Under the pieces are notes generated by a model that saw only the letters and a list, made by a program, of their open reading frames with translations, ran no database searches and was not told where the DNA came from. From contig CAVNZM010000017.1 of NCBI GenBank assembly GCA_963693365.1, positions 310,001 through 374,000 of the forward strand: a stretch of DNA of 64,000 nucleotides. The letters run 5' to 3'. Positions 22,539 through 34,916 of this stretch are shown here, one piece after another (the stretch's first letter is position 1; each line of letters starts with the position of its first letter). The translations under genes and the position numbers were made by a program. This DNA is from Amoebidium appalachense (Eukaryota; Protista; Ichthyosporea).

Positions 22539-23175
22539 CCCCATCTCCCCTCCCCCATCTCCCCTCCGCCTTTCTCCCACAACCCCAAACACACAACACC
22601 AAAACCAAAAAAAAACAAAACAAACCAAACCAAACCAAACCAAAAAAAAACCCCCCCTTTCAACAACAGGACCACCCAGCAACATGAGTGTGCTCGGCTA
22701 TTTCACGACAAACAACACCGCCTGGAAGAGCTATTTGGTTGCGTACACTGTTCCCCCCGGCGTCAACCTAATTCGCATTGCTTTCAGGGCCGTAAGTTCA
22801 TACGGGGGGGTTTTAAACGTTGGAAATGTCATCGATAATGTCGTGCTTAAACCTGCAAGGTGTATCACTTGTAAGTCTAGCAACCCCCCCCCCCCCCCCC
22901 CCCCCCTACTAACCTTTTCTTTTCTTTTTTCTTTTCTTTTTTTTGGTGGGGGTGGAGGGGGGCTTAGGGGGGCGAGTTCTGGTTTTCATGTTTTTATAAC
23001 CCAAGGTTTAGGATTTAGGTTTACCCACCTATCCCCCCCCCCCCCCCCCCCCCCCCCCCACCCCACCCCACCACCAGACAGACACCCTCACACACAACCT
23101 TCGGTTGACGAAGGATGTGTGATGGTAGGGGGCAACACGTGTAAGTTCGGCAGAACTCGACTTTTTTCTGTTCCC

Positions 23176-23212
<37 letters not shown>

Positions 23213-25149
23213 CCCCCCCCTCCCCCCCCCCCCCCCCCCCACTCGCTCTCGCTCCCCCCCCCCCCCCCCCCCCCTACTTCTCTTCGTTTTTATATTTTTC
23301 TTTGTGTTTCTCTATTTCTTTCTCTCTCTCTTTTCTTTTCTCTCTTTCCATTTCTCTCTCTCTCCATATTTCTCCAGTTTATTTCTGTTTCTTTTCCTCT
23401 TTCTTCTCTTTTCCCTCCCTCTCCATTTTCTTCATTTTCTTCAACTTTCTCTCTTCCTTTTCTCTCTTTCTCTCTCTCCATTTTTCTCCATTCTCACTAT
23501 TTTTCTCTCTTTCCACAGCGCTTCCAACCACCACGCCGCTCAACTGTTCGAATCTGGGACCCTTGCAACTCACTAACGGAGGATTCGAAACCCCCTCCCT
23601 CCCTCTGAACGATGGAGAACCTAACTTCTACTTTATCCCAAACTCAAACGTAAGCGGGTGGCGAAGCACAGAGGGAAAAGTTGAGTTTTGGAATTCCGGG
23701 TCTTCTAACGTAACATGCTCTGAGGGGAAGCAATGTGCTGAAATTCAGGCTGAAACCATGGGGACACTGTATCAGGTATGTGCAAATTGCAGTTTATCCC
23801 CCCCTCCCCCCCCCCCCCCCCCCCCCATCCTTCCGTGTATGTGCAAATTGCAGCTTATCTCTCCCCCCCCCCCCCCCATCCCTTCCGTGTATATGCAAAT
23901 TGCAGTTTATCCCCCCCCCCCCCCCCCCTGTATATGCAAATTGCAGTTTATCCCCCCCCCCCCCCCCCTCGCAGTAAGTGGAAATCGTCGTGCCCCCCCC
24001 CCCCCCCCCCCCCCCCCCCGAGAATAGGAAAATCTTTTTAGTTCATCGATATCCCAGCAAGATGTTCTGTCGTGGTTTTTATTCACTGATATGCCAACAT
24101 CCAACGGGATATTCTTGTTGTTTTTATTCTTGCTATTTCAGCAAGATATTCTTGTAACGTTTGATATTCCAACAGGATATTTCTGTGATTTTTCCCAACG
24201 GGATATTCTTTTACTCTTATTCATTGATATTCCAACAGGCTATTCTTGTTGTTTTCATTCATTGATATTCCAACAGGCTATTCTTGTTGTTTTTATTCAT
24301 TGATATTCCAACAGGATATTCTTGTAGTCCCGCTCAAGCCACTTCAGCTTGTATTTTCCCACCGAGGGAGAAATGGGACCGACACGTGTCGAGTCAAGAT
24401 TGGTATGTGGATCCTGGATGTCCATATGCAGTGCAACATATTTATTTGATACGAGAGGGGAAGGGGGGGGGGGGGGGGGGGGAGAAAGAGAGAAAGAGAA
24501 AGCCTTATGTGTGTTTGTGTGTGTGTGTGGGGGGGGGGGGGGGAGGGAGTTGGCGGGGAGGGGGGCGGGGAGGATTAAGAGGAAGTGAGACGGAAAGAAA
24601 AGACGGAAGGAAGTGAATGGGGGGAGAGTTTAGAGATTAGGTTAAGCAAGGAAAAGGAGAACGAATAAATCGAGGAAATTAGGATTAATGTGTGTGTGTG
24701 TGTAGGGGGGGGGGGGGGGGGGGGGGGGGGGGAGGGAGGGGGCAGGGAGAGGAGGGTGGAATGCGTCATGTCTGTCTGTGTGCATAGCCATCCACAACTC
24801 CTCAATCCCCCCTCCCCCCCCCCCCCCCCCCCCCCCCTCTCCCCACACAAGCCCACACATACAAAAGCACGCATAAACACAAGTGCGCACTCCCCCCCCC
24901 CCCCCCCTCCCCCCGCGACTCCCCCCTCCCTTCTCCTCTGCTTGCAAATCCCAATCTCCCGATTGGTCCATATCACTGGCCCCCCGACCCTTCCCCCTCC
25001 TCTCCCCCCCCCCCCCTCCCCCTCCCCTCCCACTCCTCCCCTCCCCTCCCCCCCCCAAAAAAAGAAAAAAAAAACCTTTCCCCCCCCCCCCCTCTCCACC
25101 CCCCCCCTTCCCCCCCACCCTCTTCCCGTTAGTACCCCTTCCTTCCGGT

Positions 25150-25193
<44 letters not shown>

Positions 25194-25569
25194 TGCCCGC
25201 CTGCTCGCCCCTCTGCCACCGCGGCGTATGCTGTCCCCTCTTCCTTCTCGGCCGGAAAAAATAACTTTTTTTTTTTTTAAACCCAAAAAAATCAACAGGG
25301 CCCCTGGGTGGAACTTCCGTAAGTCTTGGAGACTTCACCACGGGCACAACATGGCGGCGCTACACCGTCACATACACCCCCCTGCAAGCAGCACCTATCT
25401 CAGACTATCCTTCGATAGCATATCTACTTCCTCTGGTCTGCCCAGCCAAGGGAATGTGTTGGATAACGTAATGTTGGTACCCCTCGAATGCTGGAGTAAG
25501 TCCCTTAAGCACTTACTCAGAGGAGCTTGTTCTGCTTTGAACACTGTTTCAGTCGATTTTTGAACTCTG

Positions 25570-25600
<31 letters not shown>

Positions 25601-25611
25601 CCTCCCTCCCT

Positions 25612-25662
<51 letters not shown>

Positions 25663-25981
25663 CCCCCCTCCCTCCCTCCCTCTCTCTCTCTCTCTCTCTC
25701 TCCTCTCTCCCCCCCCTCCCTCTCTCTCTCGCTTGCACCATCTCCCCTTCTTTCTGCTCCTCTTTCATAATGTGGTTGTATATTAGCCTGTTTAAATCTC
25801 TGTTGCCTCAACACTCCTCCCTTTGCAGTTTTCTCCTCCCCCCCCCCCCCCCCCCTCTTCCCCTCCCTCTCCCAACACCCTCCCTACCAATAAGAAACTC
25901 ACCCACCCTCTCCCAAATACACAAACCATCGCCCTCCCCCCTTCCCTCCCTTAATGAAGCACGCCCAAACAGCGCGCGCGT

Positions 25982-26063
<82 letters not shown>

Positions 26064-28091
26064 GAGTGTGCCTCTGATGCGCACAACTGTGATGCTCTTG
26101 CCATGTGCACGGACACCACTTCCTCATTTACCTGCGCATGCAACAAAGGATACACGGGTAACGGCCTTAATTGTACAGGTAACCCCCCCTCCCCCCCCCT
26201 CCCAAAAAAAAAAAAGAAAGAAAGAAAAAAGAAAGAAAGAAAAAAAAAAGAGAGGGGGGGGGGAGAAAAAAAACGGAAGAAAAAATGGGCTTTGCAAGCC
26301 ATTTCAATTTATTGGCCAGTGGCACATTTTCTGCGATAAATCGGCACAACGGCTGTATGACATTCACAAAACACACACATAATTTCTTTCTTCCTGCCTT
26401 GGCGACAGCGTCTTTAATAAAAACAGGAAATCACACATTGATCAAGAATTTGTGCAGCCTGCCAGCTACAATCACAAAACACTGCAACTTACGGCTCAAC
26501 TGCTACACGCTTTGAAGTACACACATGACATATGGAGCATGTTTTACCTGTAGTTATCCCAACTTCGACAGATTAAAATATCTAGTGTCAGGGATATCTC
26601 AATTCAGTTCAGAGATTCAAGACACAACTCACAATTCACACCCCAATTTACAGATATCAACGAATGTGTCGGGGGAAACAACACGTGCAGCACCAATGCT
26701 GTGTGCAACAACACGGTTGGGTCGTACACGTGTGCATGTGCTGCGGGCTACACAGGAAACGGCGTCACGTGCACAGGTGGGTTGTGTGTGTGTGCGAGCG
26801 TGTGCGTGCGTGTGCGTGCATGTGCGTGTGTGTGCGTGTGTGCTTGTGTGTGTGCATGTATGTATGCCGTGTGCCGTGTGCCCGGTCGCGCCTGGAACAC
26901 AAACACACCCTCTTTTTCTAGGCTTCGTGACACGCGGGAGCTTGCGTGCAGGAGGTACCTAAAGCACACAAACAGGACACGCAAGTATGTACACACACGT
27001 GCGCACGCACGCAAGCACACACACACGCGCGCGCGCACGCACGCAGACACACACACACACTCAGAGACACACACAGATACACCATGGTTGCCCACTCTCA
27101 ATAACACAATAAAACATATTCAGAACAACACCAGTTACAGGCATCCCACATTTGATAAAACACCTAACACTTCTTTGCACAGACGTCAACGAGTGTGCCA
27201 CGGGTGGGCACGTGTGTGGCACCACCTCCACGTGCACAAACACCGCCGGATCCTACACATGTGCCTGCAACAGCGGATACACAGGAAACGGGGTAACATG
27301 CACAGGTAAAAACTCTCTTAAAACTTGAGTCTCCGTGTGTATTTGTGTATCTCAAGGGCTGTAGCTAAGTCGTGTCTATGCACATGCCCAACTCCCGGTC
27401 ACTCGCAAACTTTCGGCATTGGTATGATCCTCATTCTCTTCACACATTATGTATTATTACTCCCGACTAACCAAGCGTTTTTTTTTTTTTTTTTTTTTTT
27501 TTGGGGGGGGGGGGGGGTTGTTGGTGTCAAGCATACACAAGAGATTGAGACTTCTGCATAGTGGGTGCTGGTGGTGGAAGGGGTGCTCCATTGTGGTGGA
27601 AGGGGAGTTGAGGTGGAGAGAGCGGGGAAGAGCGGGAGGGATAGATGGGGGGAGGGGGGGGGGGGGGGATGAGGAGTGAAGACTGGGGAGGGCTGGGCGT
27701 GAGTAAGGGAACATATATACGACACGGTAATTTACGAAGTGAACTGCCAGTCACGTTCGCGCATTCATACGCCTGGTGGGGGCCTGAATCGAGGTGTATG
27801 AATACCCGAGGGGCTAAGTACTGTATTATGAAATCTAACAGTTTATATACACAGCCCCTGTTTCCTCCGTCAAGATCTTCGAGAACATCGGATGCACCAA
27901 CCCCCCCCATCTCCACGTCCACCGCCACTGATGTCTCTGCATGTGCGGCAAAATGCAAGTCTGATACGGGATGTGTTATGTTTTCTTATGCAAGTGCGAG
28001 CAAGGCATGCAAGACGTACACCGGTTGCAGTTCACCTGATCCTAGTGCCACGGGTGTGGATCTCTACGGGTTTAACGCTGTTCGACGTTAA
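15711..28091 (+). CDS. Secreted modular protein: signal peptide + 3x bacterial-type NGGFE (DUF642/galactose-binding-like) domain + 3x EGF(-Ca) + C-terminal PAN/Apple domain
   Basis: Exons 15711-15822, 16571-16806, 17562-17649, 18706-18897, 19624-19769, 20698-20793, 21589-21676, 22670-22870, 23519-23775, 24315-24402, 25299-25495, 26062-26178, 26654-26776, 27183-27305, 27855-28091. Each repeat reads NGGFExP...W(K/R)STEG.(V/I)E.W...AE.....GTLYQD...F.H(R/K)GR...W..Y...T.P....R..F......GNV(L/I)D(D/N)V. EGF exons read like [41 protein letters not shown], and the PAN part reads [16 protein letters not shown]...CKTY. Two 1-nt shifts fall in C runs (25377-25382, 27901-27908). Confidence 0.88.
18251..18620. 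mobile_element. MITE with ~50 bp near-perfect TIRs in intron 3 of the secreted-protein gene
   Basis: Left tagacatgttttaccataacatattttgtttcgaatataataagtatatc versus reverse complement of the right end tagacatgttttaccataacacattttgtttcgaatgtaataagtatatc (2 mismatches). The terminal TA dinucleotides are compatible with a TA TSD. Confidence 0.9.
21411..21603 (+). repeat. ~35 bp tandem repeat whose last unit is the real splice acceptor plus exon start
   Basis: Six units of the form atgcacacagaatatattttcctataacacttc; the last is gcatgcag|gatatattttcctat. Confidence 0.85.
21690..21965. repeat. Tandem duplication of a ~125 bp polyC-polyA-(gaa)n-ggggaaacataac block
   Basis: The same composite low-complexity block appears twice in a row. 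Confidence 0.8.
23776..23955 (+). repeat. Four copies of the donor-proximal sequence gtatgtgcaaattgcagtttatcccc
   Basis: The first copy is the real 5' splice site (cag|gtatgtgcaaattgcagtttatc). Three more copies follow, separated by C runs. Confidence 0.85.
24047..24326 (+). repeat. ~38 bp tandem repeat whose last unit is the real splice acceptor plus exon start
   Basis: Units ttcattgatattccaacagg(a/c)tattcttgttgtttt have AGs at 24237, 24275 and 24313 (38-nt spacing). The last is ccaacag|gatattcttgtagtc. Confidence 0.85.
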
Positions 28092-29373
28092 CTTGAATGT
28101 TGCGGGCATTTGTGGATTTAGTGCATCTGTGTCATGATGACTTCCTTCTATAGATATCATTGGCTAGGATTTAGACATTAGTATTTATTGAATTTCAGCT
28201 ATCTTTAGTATGATCTTGTGATAAAGAAAAATGTGCAACCACGTAATCAGTATGGTTGCAGATTTTTCTTTATCATATGCCATGATGTATCATAGTGTAG
28301 CCTGTGAGGAAAATATAGGAAGATATTATGCTCATAGGCATATCAAATAGATATCATTTTCCTGCTGATATTAGTGTGCTTGTACACGTGGTGGTAGGAC
28401 TCGGAACTTCGGAAGTGAGGAGTCGGGAACCAGTGGTACGGAGGTATTCCAATGGCATGTGAAATGATATACGTGATGATGCACGATTGGCTTATAGTGA
28501 GGTATGAAGATTGATAGAATTGGTATGACTGGTATGCAGCTTAGTGAATGTAGTTGGCTGTGATTGGTTGAAATGGATGAGTCTGCGACTCGAGCCTCGG
28601 GTATATAAACCCGATCTTGGGAAGAATAAATCACCTCGGTTTAGGGTAGCTTTAATTTTGGTGCACACGGATATCTGACATAGCCTAGGCTGCTACCATA
28701 CATGCTTAAAGCCCCAACTTGAAGTTATATTTCCGCTTCTAATGAACATATGGCCCCAGGTTGCTACACTGTCACCAGCTGTCCTAGTGCTCTGAGATCT
28801 TACGGACACTCAACTATTGTGGCGAGGGCAGAATGTTTCCATCGTGTGTTTGTGTATGCATACTTGTTGTGTATACATCTCGACTACTAGTTGATGCCTT
28901 GGCGGGAGCATAAATTGAATGTAAACCCGGACTGAATGCAGAAAAACTCTCAAGTGGTGCAGAAAAACTCTCAAGTGGCCCCCTATATCCATTCGTGCGG
29001 CGATTTCGATACATAAATTTAATCCACACAGGAATTCTGTAGGAATGATTGAATTGAATATGGAGGTTAAAGCATGTGGGTGACGGTCGATGAGTCTTTG
29101 CAATCCTCCCGATGACTCAGTTATAAACCGAAGAACTTCGAACACCGTAACTAGGGGGCCAGGTTTGGGAATGAAGTGCTGGCAGTAGTATGCAAATTTA
29201 GTAAAATGTAGTATGAAACAATACGAAATGGTAATCGTATGGTTTTCTAATATTTTTCTGCATTGATATTTGATATTAAACTGCATGCATCGATATCACC
29301 ATGCACGGCAAACAAACACGTCATATCAGAAACCATTACCCACGTGGCTTGTTAATTCTTAAACTAATAGCCT

Positions 29374-30000
<627 letters not shown>

Positions 30001-30298
30001 CTCTCTACCCAAACAGCTCCCAGCTCTACTTCCCCCACCCACCCTCAAACTCTCTCGCCTTTGCACGCATCGAGAACACCGTTCATTTTTCACCAGTCAC
30101 ACAGACTAACTGCGGTGGCTCCTTTCCATTTTGCAACATGTGGGTGTCACGGCAATACACCCAACGCACCTCTTTTCGACACACGTTTCGGACCCGTTTT
30201 CATGTCCCTGGCGACAAAACCACATATAACACCACTTTTCTATTTTCCCAGTGTTTTTTTTTGGGCGCCGCGGGGCTGCGGGAGGGATGGGGGGGATC

Positions 30299-30344
<46 letters not shown>

Positions 30345-31128
30345 CTGTGCAAAAGTGTGTGCATATGTCTGTGTATACATTTTGGATTTTGTGTTCGTTT
30401 GTCACTGGGTATCACGCGTATGTGTGGTGTGTGTGTGTGTGTGCACGTGTGTGTACGACAATGTGTGTATATGTGTGTATGTGTGTCTCCGTGTCACGGT
30501 GCACGGTGTGTGGGTATTCCCCCTCCCCCCCCTCCTCCCCTTTTCCCGGTCCCCCCCCCCCCTCCCCCCTTCCTCCTCCCTCTCCCCTCCCCCCCCCCCC
30601 CCTCCCCCCCCCCCCCCCCCCCCCCCCCCCCCGCCTTAAAAAAAAAAACCAAAGGGACTCGCGCAGCCCAGAAAAAGGACCCACAGGACGGGGGGAGGGG
30701 GGAGGGGGGAGGGGAGGGGGGAAGGGGGGGTCCCGGAGGGATAAGATAATTATGTACCCTACAGCCGAGAAACTATCTTAGAAAGTAACCCGTATTTCCC
30801 TGTTATCTGAAAAGTGAGGTACCCCTGTTATTAACGGTGTAATTATAGCCTAGATATATTCACTTCAAGCTAGCACCTTCAGATAGCATCAGCACAGTTT
30901 ATTTTTACCGTAGGCCACAGCCCGGGGCAGGCCAAATTTATGATTTCCCGCATTAGAAATCTGGTGCTAGAAAGGTTTGGCTACTTAGTACTTTCAATTG
31001 GTAGGCCCCAAAGCATAAACTTCTATCCAGGGCTTTGAGGTATTAAACATTAGAGGGTGTTTGGAAATAAGATTCTACTAGCTGGTGAGAGCCAAAATTC
31101 AGGTACTTTTGAATTTGCTGTACCGTAA

Positions 31129-31535
31129 AGGGCCCAACCACATCGGATGAGTCACAACTTGCTCCGAGCAGAATTATTCTGCAGAAGGCAGAATTACTCT
31201 GTTAAAAGCAGAAGTATTCTGCAAAAGCAGCAGAAATATTCTACAAAGGCAGATCTATTCTGCTAAAAGCAAAATTATTCTCGTAAAAGCAGAATTATTC
31301 TGCTAGAAGCAGAATTATTCTGCTAGAAGCAGAATAAATCTGCTGTCGAGAGCAGAACAATTCCGTTTTTTTGGCAGAATAATTCTGCTAAAAGCAAAAT
31401 TATTCTGCTAAAAGCAGAGTGATTCGGCTCAAAGGCCAGAATAATTCTGCATAAGGCAGAATAGTTCTGCTTTCTGAAGAATAATTCTGCTTCTTGCAAG
31501 TATTACTGTTGACTCTGCCGATGTGGTTAGGCCCT
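31129..31535. mobile_element. MITE-like element with 27 bp TIRs filled by a tandem array of ~20-21 bp palindromic units
   Basis: TIRs agggcccaaccacatcggatgagtca and tgactctgccgatgtggttaggccct. The interior holds roughly 15-17 copies of (aaa)gcagaattattctgc(t), an odd-centred palindrome. Confidence 0.85.
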
Positions 31536-32091
31536 CTGAGGTGTACGGCCTATGGTTAATTAGCCTAACAATGTTCATTTTCATTGATTTGTATCATGAT
31601 GTACAGGGGTCACTCACTTTTAAGATAACAGGTAAATAGGGTTTAGGGCCTAAAATCTTAAGTTTTCTCGGCCGTAGGGTTCATTATCTTACCCCCCCCC
31701 CCCCCCCCCCCCCTGCCCCCCTCCTCATCCCCCCCCCCTCCCCCCCCCCTCCCCCCTCCCCCCTGCCTGGGGGGGGGGGGGGGGGGGGAAGCACACACAC
31801 CGTGCACCATAACACGGAGACACGGGGAGCCTGACAACCACACACCCATATTGTGATACACACGTGCACACACACACACACCACACACACAAACACACCC
31901 AGTGACAAACGAGCACAAAATCCAAATGAACACACAGACAAATGCATGGCATTTTTGCACATACCCCACCCCCACCCCCCCTCTCTCCCCACAAAAAAAA
32001 AACCAAAAATAAATAAATAAATAAAATAAAATAAAAAAGCCAGCCCATAAAAAGGACCCACAGGACAGGGGGGGGGGAAACGGGAGGGGGG

Positions 32092-32145
<54 letters not shown>

Positions 32146-32355
32146 GACGGAGAGACACACACACACACCGTGCACCGTCACACGGACACACACACAAACA
32201 CACACCGTACACACACACGTGTTGTGATACACACACATGCGACACACCGTGACACCACACACATACACTGTCACACAAAGTGACAAACGAGCACAAAATC
32301 CAAATGTACACACAGACATATGCACACATTCAAAGTTCGCACAGCCCCCCCCTCT

Positions 32356-32402
<47 letters not shown>

Positions 32403-32544
32403 CCCCGCCCGGAAAAAAAATATATTAAACTTTACCTCCCCGCCCATAAAGAGGACCTACAGGAAAGGGGGAAAAAACGGGAAGGGGGGAGGGTGGGGAG
32501 GGGGTTTTGGAGGGATACACACACACACACCATGCACCGTCACA

Positions 32545-33108
32545 CCATGAGGGGGCACCCGCAAGCGGTAAATATATACTATTATGTAAATCATATATTT
32601 GAAATTAATGTAAATATATATTATGATATGTAAATATATGCGAATATGTACTCAGTTTTATTATGACTATATGGAAATATCATGATATAACTAATATTAA
32701 TATCATAAACGGGTACATAAAAACATACATCACGATATAACATTATGAAGCTCTGCACCGGGGGGATGGCACAGCCTGTGTCACACATGTCCAATATCGG
32801 AAAAATAAAACATCGCTGAGTCCGACCTCTGCCACGATCGATATCCGTATCGTGCACTAGTGGTCGTGGTCAAGAGTGGCAAAGCCTGTGCCACAACTCA
32901 CCCAGTATGTCCCTCATGATATATGCACATGAGTGTATATGTGCCATCGGATATAACTTCAATAACATATATAAATATATATAAATGTATATAAATATGG
33001 CATCATAGTAGTAAAACACAATGAAATATATAACTTATACAAATATATATACATATATGTAAATGATATAAATATACTATGTGACCGGTTGTGGGCGACC
33101 CCTCACGG
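32545..33108. mobile_element. AT-rich MITE inserted into one foldback arm module
   Basis: Left ccatgagggggcacccgcaagcggtaaatata versus reverse complement of the right end ccgtgaggggtcgcccacaaccggtcacata. It splits the motif gcaccgtcacacggacacac, which is intact at ~32172. Confidence 0.65.
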
Positions 33109-33229
33109 ACACACACACACACACAATTTGTGATACCCACACGCATGCACACACACACACACACACCCAGTGACAAACGAACACAAAATCCAAATGTACA
33201 CACAGCCATATGCACACATTTTCGCACAG

Positions 33230-33273
<44 letters not shown>

Positions 33274-33377
33274 AAAAAAAAAAAAATTTGAACCCGCAGC
33301 CCAAAAAACGGACCCACAGGCCAGGGGGGGAAGGGGGGAGGGGGGCCACACACACACACCGTGCACCGTGACCTGGC

Positions 33378-33460
<83 letters not shown>

Positions 33461-33728
33461 GCGCGCGCACGTTGCTTGTGGTATTACACATACGTGCACA
33501 CACACACACACACCACACACACACACACGCAGAAACGTACACAGTGACAAACGAACTTCTTGGCAAAAAGCAACTGATGTACACACAGATATACTGCGGC
33601 ACACAGTTTTGCACCGGCTGAGAAAGGTGCATAGTAGAGCCGGGGGAGTCCCTGTCCGGGCACCGTCCGGCCATTAATGTAAACCGTTATAATTACACTC
33701 TCTCTTAGCCGGTTGCACACATGCACAC

Positions 33729-33780
<52 letters not shown>

Positions 33781-33815
33781 GCACGCACGCACACACACAC
33801 ACACACACACACACT

Positions 33816-33862
<47 letters not shown>

Positions 33863-34009
33863 ATTTTGGGTCTGTTGATTGGTAACGAAGCAAACGCTTC
33901 CGGAGGACTTCAAGATAATCAGAAAAGAAATGATCTGCTGCGCATGCACATTAGGGCCGCTCTTGTGCACAGCCTAATAATAAGTACTAGACTAGACTCA
34001 TCATAAGTA

Positions 34010-34315
34010 AGGAAGCCACATTCCTAAATTCCGAATTTCCCCGTCCCTCCTCCTCCCCCCCTCCCCCCTCCCACCCCCCCCCCCTTCCCCGTTATCTTAT
34101 TTCCCCCTAGCCTCGGTAGCCCGTAGTATCTTAATTAGTCTCAAAATAGTAACAAGTATCTTATGGGTCACTGTCTCATAATCCTGAATAACCCCTGTAC
34201 GTATTCAATGCTGGAATTACCCTGAATTAGTATTCCAGAGTCTACCGAGGCTGGAGGAAAATTATGATATCAAGGGGGGGGGGGGGGGGGGTTTGGAAGC
34301 AAGGCTGTGACTTCC
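34010..34315. mobile_element. Degenerate inverted-repeat element (MITE-like)
   Basis: tttccccctagcctcggtag (~34099-34119) pairs with ctaccgaggctggaggaaa (~34242-34260). A left C tract pairs with a right G tract, and outer aagccaca pairs loosely with tgtgactt. Confidence 0.55.
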
Positions 34316-34715
34316 CAGGGGCTACAACTTGAAAATTTAATGCATCTGACAGCTGTTAGTATTTGAAAGGGGTGGGGGGTGGGGGGGGTGGGGGGGGGGG
34401 GGGGGGGAGTCACGGTTAATATCGACGTCCGCCCTGCTGGTACCCCCGCCCCCTCCCCCTGGCCCCCCCCCCCCCCCTCCCCCCTCCCCCGTAGCCGCAG
34501 CGGTGAGTGGGCTGGTGGGTTCCCCCTCTCCCTCCCAGCCCCCCCCCCCCCCCCCCCCCCCTCCCTCCCGAGCCCCCCCTTCTCTCCAACCGCGCATGTG
34601 CGTGATCATGGCCTGAGTCTTTTTTCCACCCACCAAAGTTGTAATACACCTTAGTATTCGTTACTTCTTTTTTTTGGAGGAATTCAAAGTTCCGTTTTGG
34701 CCACTGATGCATATA

Positions 34716-34752
<37 letters not shown>

Positions 34753-34782
34753 CCCCCCCCCCCCAATCCCCCAGCTTCCACA

Positions 34783-34916
<134 letters not shown>

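Larger units (their letters stand above)
30250..33610. mobile_element. Foldback-like element with long modular inverted arms
   Basis: 30742-30830 (taagataattatgtaccctacagccgagaaact...cctgttatctgaaaagtgaggtacccctgt) is the inverted copy of 31602-31692. The module ttttggattttgtgttcgtttgtcactgg...gtcacggtgcacggtg at 30340-30510 is the reverse complement of modules at ~31790-31960, 32150-32345, 33105-33230 and 33350-33610. Confidence 0.75.

Noticed and set aside
26777-27182. General model that every intron folds by (TG)n-(CA)n pairing
   Set aside because: It fits this intron and a few others, but several introns (for example 1980-3013 and 3263-3840) have CA and C tracts with no complementary partner.
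28810-29286. 158 aa minus-strand ORF
   Set aside because: No recognisable motif. It includes a 21 bp tandem duplication and an AT-rich start, with no splice support.
31160-31495. CRISPR-like array
   Set aside because: The repeats are contiguous with only 4-6 nt linkers, with no unique spacers, no cas genes and a eukaryotic context.
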